The notes below the pieces were generated by a model, which was not told the DNA's origin, made no database searches, and was given only the letters and a program-made list of their open reading frames with translations. Source: Escherichia coli (GTDB lineage: Bacteria > Pseudomonadota > Gammaproteobacteria > Enterobacterales > Enterobacteriaceae). From it: a DNA stretch of 64,000 nt. Within the stretch, counting starts at the first letter, position 1; every line of letters starts with the position of its first letter. The stretch lies in NCBI RefSeq assembly GCF_041248615.1, contig NZ_CP158426.1. One strand, given 5' to 3'. Below are positions 10,525 to 19,312 of the stretch, piece after piece. The position numbers and the translations under genes were made by a program.

Positions 10525-12495
10525 ATGTATATGAATGTAATCAGAACTGTCATTTGTACATTAATTATAGTCCCGGTGGGACTACAGGCAGCGACCAGTC
10601 ATTCTTCTATGGCTAAAGATACAATCACCATTGTCGCGACAGGAAATCAGAACACGGTATTTGAAACGCCGTCGATGGTCAGTGTCGTCACGAATGACAC
10701 ACCGTGGAGTCAGAATGCGGTTACATCGGCCGGCATGCTGAAAGGTGTTGCCGGTCTCAGCCAGACTGGTGCAGGACGGACCAATGGGCAGACCTTTAAT
10801 CTACGCGGCTATGACAAAAGCGGGGTACTTGTTCTTGTTGACGGCGTCCGCCAACTCAGTGACATGGCAAAAAGCAGTGGCACTTATCTGGATCCGGCTC
10901 TTGTCAAACGTATCGAAGTTGTCCGCGGGCCAAACTCCAGTCTGTACGGCAGTGGCGGGCTGGGAGGTGTAGTGGACTTCAGAACTGCCGATGCAGCAGA
11001 TTTCCTTCCCCCCGGAGAGACAAACGGTTTAAGTCTGTGGGGAAATATTGCCAGTGGTGACCACAGCACAGGCTCGGGGCTCACCTGGTTCGGTAAAACC
11101 GGAAAAACAGATGCGCTCCTTTCTGTCATTATGCGTAAAAGAGGTAATATCTATCAAAGTGATGGTGAGCGCGCACCTAACAAGGAAAAACCTGCAGCCC
11201 TGTTTGCGAAAGGCTCTGTCGGTATAACAGACAGTAACAAAGCAGGTGCCAGCTTGCGTCTCTACCGGAATAACACCACTGAACCGGGCAATCCCACTCA
11301 GACACATGGTGACAGCGGCCTGCGTGACAGAAAAACAGTACAAAATGACGTACAGTTCTGGTACCAGTACGCTCCTGTGGATAACAGCCTCATCAATGTA
11401 AAGTCAACGTTATATCTCAGTGATATCACTATCAAGACAAACGGTCACAACAAAACGGCAGAATGGAGAAACAACAGAACCTCCGGTGTTAATGTTGTCA
11501 ACAGGAGTCATACTCTGATTTTTCCGGGAGCCCATCAGTTAAGTTATGGCGCTGAATATTACCGTCAGCAGCAGAAGCCAGAAGGCTCTGCCACACTATA
11601 TCCGGAAGGAAATATTGACTTTACATCGTTGTATTTCCAGGATGAAATGACAATGAAAAGCTACCCTGTTAACATTATCGTCGGTTCCCGCTATGACCGG
11701 TACAAGAGCTTCAATCCCCGTGCCGGAGAACTGAAAGCCGAACGCCTGTCCCCAAGGGCGGCGATTTCAGTCTCACCGACAGACTGGCTGATGATGTACG
11801 GCTCCATATCCTCTGCATTCCGAGCGCCCACAATGGCAGAAATGTACAGGGATGATGTACATTTTTACCGCAAGGGTAAACCCAATTACTGGGTTCCTAA
11901 CCTTAATCTGAAACCAGAAAATAACATCACCCGTGAGATTGGCGCAGGTATTCAACTGGATGGCCTGCTTACAGACAATGACCGGCTGCAGTTAAAAGGC
12001 GGATATTTCGGAACGGATGCCAGAAACTATATTGCCACACGCGTGGATATGAAACGGATGCGTTCTTATTCTTATAATGTATCCCGGGCCCGTATCTGGG
12101 GATGGGATATGCAGGGAAATTACCAGTCTGATTATGTTGACTGGGTGCTTTCTTATAACCGGACGGAAAGTATGGATGCCAGCAGCAGGGAATGGCTGGG
12201 CTCCGGCAATCCTGACACACTTATCAGTGACATCAGCATACCTGTTGGTCATAGAGGCGTTTATGCCGGATGGCGTGCTGAACTTTCAGCATCAGCCACG
12301 CATGTGAAAAAAGGCGACTCCTATCAGGCTGGCTATGCCATACATTCCTTTTCACTGTCTTATAAGCCTGTAAGTGTTAAAGGCTTTGAGGCGTCAGTAA
12401 CTCTGGATAATGCCTTCAACAAGCTTGCCATGAATGGCAAAGGTGTGCCGCTTTCAGGCCGAACTGTCAGTCTTTATACCCGTTATCAGTGGTAA
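10525..12495 (+). CDS. TonB-dependent outer-membrane heme/hemoglobin receptor (ChuA/ShuA/HemR family)
   Basis: Features: signal peptide; TonB box DTITIVATG; plug-domain motifs (NLRGYDKSGVLVLVDGVRQ, RIEVVRGPNSSLYGSGGLGGVV); the heme-receptor signature FRAPTMAEMY...DVHF...VPNLNLKPE (FRAP / His / NPNL-like); and a terminal ...YTRYQW. It aligns along its whole length with ChuA as I remember it. The start may be 10531. Confidence 0.85.
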   Translation: MYMNVIRTVICTLIIVPVGLQAATSHSSMAKDTITIVATGNQNTVFETPSMVSVVTNDTPWSQNAVTSAGMLKGVAGLSQTGAGRTNGQTFNLRGYDKSGVLVLVDGVRQLSDMAKSSGTYLDPALVKRIEVVRGPNSSLYGSGGLGGVVDFRTADAADFLPPGETNGLSLWGNIASGDHSTGSGLTWFGKTGKTDALLSVIMRKRGNIYQSDGERAPNKEKPAALFAKGSVGITDSNKAGASLRLYRNNTTEPGNPTQTHGDSGLRDRKTVQNDVQFWYQYAPVDNSLINVKSTLYLSDITIKTNGHNKTAEWRNNRTSGVNVVNRSHTLIFPGAHQLSYGAEYYRQQQKPEGSATLYPEGNIDFTSLYFQDEMTMKSYPVNIIVGSRYDRYKSFNPRAGELKAERLSPRAAISVSPTDWLMMYGSISSAFRAPTMAEMYRDDVHFYRKGKPNYWVPNLNLKPENNITREIGAGIQLDGLLTDNDRLQLKGGYFGTDARNYIATRVDMKRMRSYSYNVSRARIWGWDMQGNYQSDYVDWVLSYNRTESMDASSREWLGSGNPDTLISDISIPVGHRGVYAGWRAELSASATHVKKGDSYQAGYAIHSFSLSYKPVSVKGFEASVTLDNAFNKLAMNGKGVPLSGRTVSLYTRYQW

Positions 12496-12513
12496 CCTCT
12501 CAGGAAATAAATC

Positions 12514-13305
12514 ATGATGAAAAATACAGGCTATATCTTAGCTCTTTGTCTGACAGCATCGGGGCATGTCCTGGCCCATGATGTCTGGATTACCGGCAAA
12601 CAGGCAGAGAACAACGTTATCGCAGAGATTGGTTATGGTCATAATTTCCCCTCAAAGGGCACGATTCCTGACAGAAGGGATTTCTTTGAAACTCCCCGGC
12701 TTTATAACGGGAAAGAGACAATAACGCTGAAGCCAACATCCACGGATTATGTCTATAAAATTGAGTCTGCAGGCAACGGTAATAGCTACGTTCTGTCAAC
12801 GAAAATGAAACCGGGATACTGGTCGAGAACCTCGTCAGGATGGAAGCCTGTCAGCCGGGAGGGCAGAAATGATGTGGCATACTGTGAGTTTGTGACTAAA
12901 TATGCAAAATCTTTTATTCCTGGTGAACAGCAGATGCCAGCACAACTCTATCAGTATCCAATAGGGGATGAGCTTGAAATCATTCCGTTATCCGATATCA
13001 GTCGTTTCGGTGAAGATGTGAAGCTGAAAGTTCTGTATAAAACTTCCCCGCTTGCCGGAGCCACTCTGGAGCTTGACTCTGTCAGTTATCTGAAATCATC
13101 CCGCCATACTCATGCGGCAGAGCATAAACATTCGGCTCATAAAGCAGAACTTACCTTTGTAAGTAATGAGGACGGTATCATCACTGTACCCTCCCTTCAT
13201 GTCGGGCAATGGCTAGCTAAAGTCAAAAATAAGAAAGTATTTCAGGACAAAAACCTGTGTGATGAAACTGTCGATGTGGCAACCTTAAGCTTCTCCCGAA
13301 ATTAA
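12514..13305 (+). CDS. Periplasmic DUF4198-like protein (TonB-receptor partner)
   Basis: 263 aa with signal peptide MMKNTGYILALCLTASGHVLA|HDVWI. The mature N-terminus HDxW is typical of DUF4198. It lies 18 bp downstream of the receptor, so it is probably co-transcribed. Confidence 0.6.
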   Translation: MMKNTGYILALCLTASGHVLAHDVWITGKQAENNVIAEIGYGHNFPSKGTIPDRRDFFETPRLYNGKETITLKPTSTDYVYKIESAGNGNSYVLSTKMKPGYWSRTSSGWKPVSREGRNDVAYCEFVTKYAKSFIPGEQQMPAQLYQYPIGDELEIIPLSDISRFGEDVKLKVLYKTSPLAGATLELDSVSYLKSSRHTHAAEHKHSAHKAELTFVSNEDGIITVPSLHVGQWLAKVKNKKVFQDKNLCDETVDVATLSFSRN

Positions 13306-13546
13306 TAATACTATTCCTGCCCTGTAATTTACGGGCAGGGTATATCAACCGGAAATAGCCTACTGACATCCATGTATAAAGCCACATAATTATTTTGTTG
13401 ATGTATCTTACCTAATACGTAAGCGTAAAGCCAATGCCGTCTGTAACTCCTGATCCTTGCAGACTAAATGTAAGCGCTCCTTCTGTGCCGTCTTGTGGTG
13501 GTTGTCCTGTCTGGCAACAATCGTGTCCATCTATTGATGGACACGA

Positions 13547-13723
13547 ATGATGAATTCTCAGACAACAAAAGATATCACCGGCTTTCGCTCTTATTTTCCA
13601 GATGTATTGCGACTAATATTCGAAGAGCAATTATCTGTTCGGGCTATCGCACTGGAGCAGTTAGGCCTCAGTCATTCCACCGTTCATAATATCTTTCAAC
13701 GGTTTAATGCCTCTGGCATGTAA
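13547..13723 (+). pseudogene. N-terminal HTH fragment of a transposase, truncated by an IS66-type end
   Basis: A 58-codon frame below the track cutoff: MMNSQTTKDITGFRSYFPDVLRLIFEEQLSVRAIALEQLGLSHSTVHNIFQRFNASGM*. The stop is created by the GTAAGCG terminus at 13720. Confidence 0.3.
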
Positions 13724-13863
13724 GCGTAAACCGACCGTTGTATTGACGCTTATTTATAGGGGAGAACTACGTTCCATGGCAGGAGTTCGTCAGTAAGCGT
13801 ACAGCCTGAACCGTCTGGTCAGAATCTGACGCATTAGACAAAGTGGTGTCCACAAAATAAGTA

Positions 13864-14265
13864 GTGGGAACCAAAGTGTCAGATATGCAGAAAAATGTGA
13901 CTCCCGGCAGGCGAAAAGGCTGCCCTAATTATCCTCCCGAATTTAAACAGCTGCTCGTTGCTGCCTCCTGTGAACCCGGGATATCCATCTCAAAACTTGC
14001 TCTTGAAAATGGCATTAACGCCAATCTGTTGTTCAAATGGCGACAACAATGGCGCGAGGGAAAGCTGCTATTACCTTCTTCAGAGAGCCCCCAGCTACTT
14101 CCTGTGACTCTCGATGCAGCTGCCGAACAGCCAGAATCGCTCGCAGAGGACCCGGAAACCCTCAGTATCAGCTGTGAGGTAACGTTCCGGCACGGGACGC
14201 TCCGCTTCAATGGCAATGTCAGCGAAAAGCTCCTGACTCTGCTGATACAGGAACTGAAACGATGA
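13864..14265 (+). CDS. IS66-family accessory protein TnpA
   Basis: ...YPPEFKQLLVAASCEPGISISKLALENGINANLLFKWRQQWREG... is the HTH of IS66 orf1. An ATG alternative start is at 13885. Confidence 0.8.
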   Translation: MGTKVSDMQKNVTPGRRKGCPNYPPEFKQLLVAASCEPGISISKLALENGINANLLFKWRQQWREGKLLLPSSESPQLLPVTLDAAAEQPESLAEDPETLSISCEVTFRHGTLRFNGNVSEKLLTLLIQELKR

Positions 14266-14609
14266 TCCCGTTACCTTCCGGGACCAAAATTTGGCTGGTT
14301 GCCGGTATCACCGATATGAGAAATGGCTTCAACGGCCTGGCTGCGAAAGTACAGACGGCGCTGAAAGACGATCCCATATCCGGCCATGTTTTCATTTTCC
14401 GGGGCCGCAGCGGCAGTCAGGTTAAACTGCTGTGGTCCACCGGTGACGGGCTGTGCCTCCTGACCAAGCGGCTGGAGCGTGGGCGCTTCGCCTGGCCGTC
14501 AGCCCGTGATGGCAAAGTGTTCCTTACGCAGGCGCAGCTGGCGATGCTGCTGGAAGGTATCGACTGGCGACAGCCTAAGCGGCTGCTGACCTCCCTGACC
14601 ATGCTGTAA
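14262..14609 (+). CDS. IS66-family TnpB
   Basis: MIPLPSGTKIWLVAGITDMRNGFNGLAAKVQ...LLWSTGDGLCLLTKRLERGRFAWP is the canonical IS66 Orf2. There is a 4-nt overlap with tnpA. Confidence 0.85.
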   Translation: MIPLPSGTKIWLVAGITDMRNGFNGLAAKVQTALKDDPISGHVFIFRGRSGSQVKLLWSTGDGLCLLTKRLERGRFAWPSARDGKVFLTQAQLAMLLEGIDWRQPKRLLTSLTML

Positions 14610-14704
14610 ATCTCTTTATCCTGGTTGTCACAGAATAAGCCCGGTAAAATACGGGCTTATGAACGACATCTCTTGTAAGCGTCAACGGAGCACCGTATTG
14701 ACGC

Positions 14705-16297
14705 TTATTTATTGGTGAGTACTACGTTCCATGGCAGGAGTTCGTCAACACAGTTGGAGGGCCATTCCGGCAGTACGCTCAGAATATGGCGCAGATACGC
14801 TTCCGGATCGATACCGTTCAGACGGCAGGTGCCGATCAGCCCGTACAGCAGTGCTCCACGCTCGCCGCCGTGATCGCTACCGAAGAACACGTAATTTTTC
14901 TTTCCGAGACAGACTGCACGAAGCGCTCTTTCCGCTGTGTTATTGTCCGCTTCTGCCAAACCATCATCACTGTAATAACAGAGGGCGTCCCACTGATTCA
15001 GTACATAGCTGAACGCTTCGCCCAGTCTGGATTTTTTCGACAGCGTGCCATTCTTCTCCACCATCCATTCATGCAGCGACGTCAGTAACGCTTTGCTTCG
15101 CTGCTGCCTGGCTGCAAGACGCTCTGACTCTGGTAATCCCCGTATTTCATCCTCGATGGCGTACAGTTCACTGATTCGCTTCAGGGCTTCTTCTGCCGTC
15201 GCACTTTTGCTGCTGATGTATACATCGTGGATTTTTCGCCGGGCATGGGCCCAGCACGCAACTTCTGTCAGTGCACCACCTTCACGTTCTGCACTGAACA
15301 ACCTGTCGTAACCTGTGAACGCATCCGCCTGCAGGATACCCCGGAAGGGGCGAAGGTGTTGCTCCGGGTGTTTCCCCTGCCGGTTCGGCGAGTACGCGAA
15401 CCAGACCGCTGGAGGAGATGACGAACCCACATTGCGATCATCCCGGACATACGTCCAGATACACCCTGTTTTCGCCTTTTTCTGACCCGGTGCCAGTACC
15501 TTTACCGGTGTGTCATCAGTGTGAACCTTGCGGGTATTCATTACATAACGGTACAGGGCATCATTCACCGGTGTCATTAACTGGCAGCACGCGTCAACCC
15601 AGTTGGAGAGTAAGGCCCGGCTCAGTTCGACACCCTGGCGGGCAAAGATTTCACTCTGACGATACAGTGGCAGATGTTCGCAGTATTTTCCCGTTAACAC
15701 GCGGGCAAGTAATCCGGGGCCCGCGATACCACGCTCTATCGGGCGGGACGGCGCCGGTGCTTCAACAATACAGTCACATTTTGTACAGGCTTTTTTTACC
15801 CGTTCTGTGCGGATCACTTTCAGGGCACTGCTCACCAGTTCCAGCTGTTCAGCGCTGACTTCCCCCAGATAATCCAGCTCACCGCCACACTCCGGGCAAC
15901 AGCTTTCTTCTGGCTCCAGGCGGTGTATTTCACGGGGAAGGTGTGCCGGTAACGGACGACGATGGCGCGACTGTCGCAACTGGCGGGGAACCTGAGGATC
16001 GTCTTCCCGCCCACTGTAACGATCGCTGTCCTGTTCACGTTGTTTCAGCAGAGCCTCAGCCAGTTCAACTTCACGACGCAGTTTTTCAGAACGGGTACCG
16101 AACAGCATCCGGTGCAGTTTTTCTATCTGAGCCCGCAGATGTTCTATTTCCCGTTCATCTTCTTCGATCTTTTCTTCGGCACGTGCCAGTGCAGAGCGCA
16201 GGAAGGCCTCCGTCTCTTCAACCAGACTCAGTTGCTGGTCTTTCTGACGGAGCTGGCTTTCCAGTTCTGCAATGCGAATGAGGTATTTCTGACTCAT
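14705..16297 (-). CDS. IS66-family transposase TnpC
   Basis: 530 aa with an N-terminal coiled coil, Zn-finger CPECGGEL...CTKC and a DDE core. It ends ...ELLPWNVVLTNK, as is typical for IS66. Confidence 0.9.
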   Translation of the reverse strand: MSQKYLIRIAELESQLRQKDQQLSLVEETEAFLRSALARAEEKIEEDEREIEHLRAQIEKLHRMLFGTRSEKLRREVELAEALLKQREQDSDRYSGREDDPQVPRQLRQSRHRRPLPAHLPREIHRLEPEESCCPECGGELDYLGEVSAEQLELVSSALKVIRTERVKKACTKCDCIVEAPAPSRPIERGIAGPGLLARVLTGKYCEHLPLYRQSEIFARQGVELSRALLSNWVDACCQLMTPVNDALYRYVMNTRKVHTDDTPVKVLAPGQKKAKTGCIWTYVRDDRNVGSSSPPAVWFAYSPNRQGKHPEQHLRPFRGILQADAFTGYDRLFSAEREGGALTEVACWAHARRKIHDVYISSKSATAEEALKRISELYAIEDEIRGLPESERLAARQQRSKALLTSLHEWMVEKNGTLSKKSRLGEAFSYVLNQWDALCYYSDDGLAEADNNTAERALRAVCLGKKNYVFFGSDHGGERGALLYGLIGTCRLNGIDPEAYLRHILSVLPEWPSNCVDELLPWNVVLTNK

Positions 16298-16327
16298 GGC
16301 CGTTTTTATAATGCGGCCAGGCGTTTT

Positions 16328-16678
16328 TTACAACATTGTCAGTGCGTTAAGGCGGAATGTTTTTGGCTGACGCCAGTCCAGCTTATCGAGGAGCATTGCC
16401 AGTTGCGAGCGGGTAATGGATACCTTGCCGTCACGTACCGCAGGCCAGATAAACTGGCCTTCCTCCAGGCGTTTGGTGAACAGGCACAGACCATCAGCAT
16501 CAGCCCAAAGAATTTTAACGGTGTCACCCCGTCGGCCACGGAAGATAAACAGGTGACCGGAGAAGGGATTATCATTCAGCACATGTTGTACCTGTTCTCC
16601 CAGTCCGTTGAAGGATTTACGCATATCGGTAACGCCGGCAACGAGCCAGATACGGGTACCTGATGGGAGTGAGATCAT
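16328..16678 (-). CDS. IS66-family TnpB
   Basis: MISLPSGTRIWLVAGVTDMRKSFNGLGEQVQ... is a paralogue of the protein at 14262-14609. Confidence 0.85.
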   Translation of the reverse strand: MISLPSGTRIWLVAGVTDMRKSFNGLGEQVQHVLNDNPFSGHLFIFRGRRGDTVKILWADADGLCLFTKRLEEGQFIWPAVRDGKVSITRSQLAMLLDKLDWRQPKTFRLNALTML

Positions 16679-17100
16679 CTTCCCCTCCCGGTCAGTTCAC
16701 GGATCAACACCGTGAGCAGCTCTGGCGATGGATTTTCCAGCGTCATGTTACCGTGACGGAATTCCACCTTGCAGGAACTGGCACTGACTCTGGTCTGAGT
16801 GGAAGTGGATAAAGACGGCGCAATGGCCGCCACAGGTTCTTTCTGCTCATCCGGCGTTATTTCTACAGGTAATAATTCAACGCCAGTGTCAGAAGAGGTC
16901 GTTACCGGAAGACGCCGCGAAACACGCCCTTCGTTCTGCCAGAGCCTGAGCCATTTGAAAATAACATTATCATTGACGCCATTTTCACGTGCAATCTGTG
17001 CAACACAAGCTCCAGGTTGTGATGCCAGTTCCACCATACGAAGTTTGAATTCATTCGAATAGTTTTTACGAGGTTCTTTTCGCCAGTCCTGTAATTCCAT
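16675..17100 (-). CDS. IS66-family TnpA
   Basis: ...YSNEFKLRMVELASQPGACVAQIARENGVNDNVIFKWLRLWQNEG.. is the IS66 orf1 HTH. Confidence 0.8.
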   Translation of the reverse strand: MELQDWRKEPRKNYSNEFKLRMVELASQPGACVAQIARENGVNDNVIFKWLRLWQNEGRVSRRLPVTTSSDTGVELLPVEITPDEQKEPVAAIAPSLSTSTQTRVSASSCKVEFRHGNMTLENPSPELLTVLIRELTGRGR

Positions 17101-17185
17101 ACTTAGATGTCCGTCTATATCAGATGGGCGTCTAAGTTACCAATTCTCGTCTGATGGCTACATACGGCGGTCAGTTTACGCTTAC

Positions 17186-18421
17186 CTTTATCCCGACAGA
17201 CGACGTATATTTACCAGTAAGGCCAACCCGGTTGCGCCCTTTGAACCAGAAGTCAAACGTCAGGCTGTCATGGCACTCTGTACACGACAAGTATCAGCCA
17301 GTGAAATCGCCAGGCGTATTGGTGTCAGTCGTGCGGTATTGTATAAATGGAAAGATAAAATTATCGGCAACAGTGCTTACCAGACTATGCGTAAACATAA
17401 CGAACCTTCCCTGGAGGCAGAACGCGATGCGTTGCGGGAGGAAGTCGCCCGACTGAATCAGGAAATACGCCGCCGGCAGATGGAGCTGGATATTCTGAAA
17501 AAGGCGGAGGAAATCATAAAAAAAGACCCGGGCATCAGTATCAGTCACCTGAACAACAGAGAGAAAACGAAGATCGCTGATGCCCTGAGACAAACATATC
17601 CCCTGACAGAATTACTGCATGTTCTGGGCCTTGCCCGTAGCAGTTATTTTTATCACCGGGCTGCACTGAAAGCCGGTGATAAATACGCCACGATACGTAC
17701 GATGCTGACAGATATATTTAACAGTAATTACCAGTGTTATGGCTATCGTCGCCTGCATGCGATGCTCAGGCATGAGGGGGGGCGGCTATCAGAAAAGGTT
17801 GTACGCAGACTTATGGTGGAAGAACAGCTTGTCGTCAGCCGTAACCGTCGTCGCCGCTACAGCTCATATTGCGGAGAAATCGGACCGGCTCCGGATAACC
17901 TTATCGCCAGAGATTTTAAGGCGGAGCAACCTAATCAGAAATGGCTGACAGATATCACGGAGTTCCACCTCCCTGCAGGTAAAGTCTGGCTATCATCGGT
18001 GGTGGACTGCTTCGATGGAAAAGTTGTGAGCTGGTCTCTCAGTACACGCCCCGATGCTGAACTGGTCAACACTATGCTGGATAGCGCTGTCGAAACGTTA
18101 AATGCTGGCGAACGACCGGTGATACACAGTGACAGAGGTGGGCATTATCGCTGGTCAGGCTGGCTGGAAAGAGTGAATGCAGAAGGTCTTATTCGCTCAA
18201 TGTCCCGCAAAGGATGTTCACCTGATAATGCGGCATGCGAAGGCTTTTTCGGCAGACTGAAAACGGAAATGTATCATGGGCGTAAATGGTCGGGCATCAC
18301 GCCAGAAAAGTTCATGCAGCAAGTGGATACTTACATCAGATGGTATAACGAGCGGCGTATAAAATTATCGCCGGGTGCAGTCAGCCCCAAAATGTACCGC
18401 CAACAATGCGGGCTGGAATGA
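17186..18421 (+). pseudogene. IS3-family transposase, OrfA and OrfB in one continuous frame, N-terminus missing
   Basis: ...VKRQAVMALCTRQVSASEIARRIGVSRAVLYKWK (HTH) ... leucine zipper ... DDE core (WLTDITEF...IHSDRGGHY...SPDNAACEGFF). An A7G run at 17518-17525 sits where IS3-family elements carry the A6G frameshift site. Confidence 0.7.
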
Positions 18422-18433
18422 TAAAGCAGTCCA
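17186..18433 (+). mobile_element. IS3-family element, 5'-truncated by the IS66-family insertion
   Basis: The transposase frame is open right up to the IS66 junction at 17186. The right end ...GCAGTCCA (reverse TGGACTGC..) at about 18433 is inferred, not verified. Confidence 0.65.
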
Positions 18434-18439
18434 GGAAAT

Positions 18440-18728
18440 CGTCCGCATCCCCAGAACGGTCAAACATCGTGGCGTTGACAACGGGTTCCTGAGTCCGGTG
18501 AAGCGCCGGTTACTGGAAAATGTTGTGTACGTCATAACAGAAACGGAGAGAAAAACGGCGATGCAAATCAGGCGGAGAAGGGTGTATCAGCGGTTACTGA
18601 AGGTTGACCCGCTGAAGTGCATCCTGTGCGGAGGTCAGATGCGGTTTACGGGGCTGAAGCGGGGCTACCGTCTGGCAGAGCTGGTCATGATGCATGAGCC
18701 ACTGGCACGACAGCGGGTATACAGCTGA
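18440..18728 (+). pseudogene. C-terminal remnant of an IS91-family-type transposase
   Basis: ...YQRLLKVDPLKCILCGGQMRFTGLKRGYRLAELV... resembles the conserved C-terminal Cys motif (DP..C..CG..M/L.F) of IS91/IS801-like transposases. There is no upstream catalytic part. Confidence 0.45.
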
Positions 18729-19312
18729 GAGCCGCAGAGGGGAAGTTGCGTCCATTTTTTGAGGAATGGAGCAAAAAATCATCACAGATATAAAAAATCA
18801 ATCAATGAAAGCCATTTAATTGCCGGTGCATTGTGGATGCAGTCCTCATGGTACGTAACCAGAGTTGAATAAACATCCATTTTTTTGTGTTTTTTTAACC
18901 TCCCCGGGTTTTTAATTCCTGTCGATTAAAAGTGTTAGATTATTTGGTTAAGAGTTCTCTCGTCCTATTTATTCAGGCGTTATCACGGATATGCAGATCG
19001 CTAAGTCAGTTGTAAGAAAACCAGACAGTGCACATCATTATACCTAGGTCTTCTCTGGAAAAATACTTAGGAATAATTTATGTAAAACAGGTTGTCGTCT
19101 TCATGATTTAAACGCAGTACATATATATACTCTATAATAAATACAGGGAGTATCACGAGACGTCTGGATAAGAGGAATAACCAGAATAAATTGGTAAGGA
19201 ATAAAGACACTTATTTCTATTGAGAAAAAACATTCATCCTGATGTGATTAGTATCAATGAAATAATGTGCTTGTATGGTTGATAAAAAATGCATCACTAA
19301 AGAAAAAACAGT

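Larger units (their letters stand above)
13793..14674 (+). mobile_element. IS66-family element (ISEc8-like), truncated after tnpB by a second IS66-family insertion
   Basis: It starts with the IS66-type terminus GTAAGCGTACAGCC, followed by tnpA and tnpB. The tnpC start (ATGAACGACATCTCTT, 14659) is cut at 14675. Confidence 0.75.
14675..17185 (-). mobile_element. Complete IS66-family element (2511 bp)
   Basis: Termini are GTAAGCGTCAACGG (14675) and ...GTTTACGCTTAC (17185). It contains tnpA-tnpB-tnpC on the minus strand. No 8-bp flanking duplication is seen. Confidence 0.85.

Noticed and set aside
13495-13689. 64-aa plus-strand track ORF
   Set aside because: This is the wrong frame. The adjacent frame (13547-13723) gives an HTH-like transposase fragment that ends at the IS66 terminus.
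15962-16663. 233-aa plus-strand ORF and neighbours inside the IS66-family element
   Set aside because: They are antisense to the well-recognised tnpC/tnpB genes and are an open-frame artefact.
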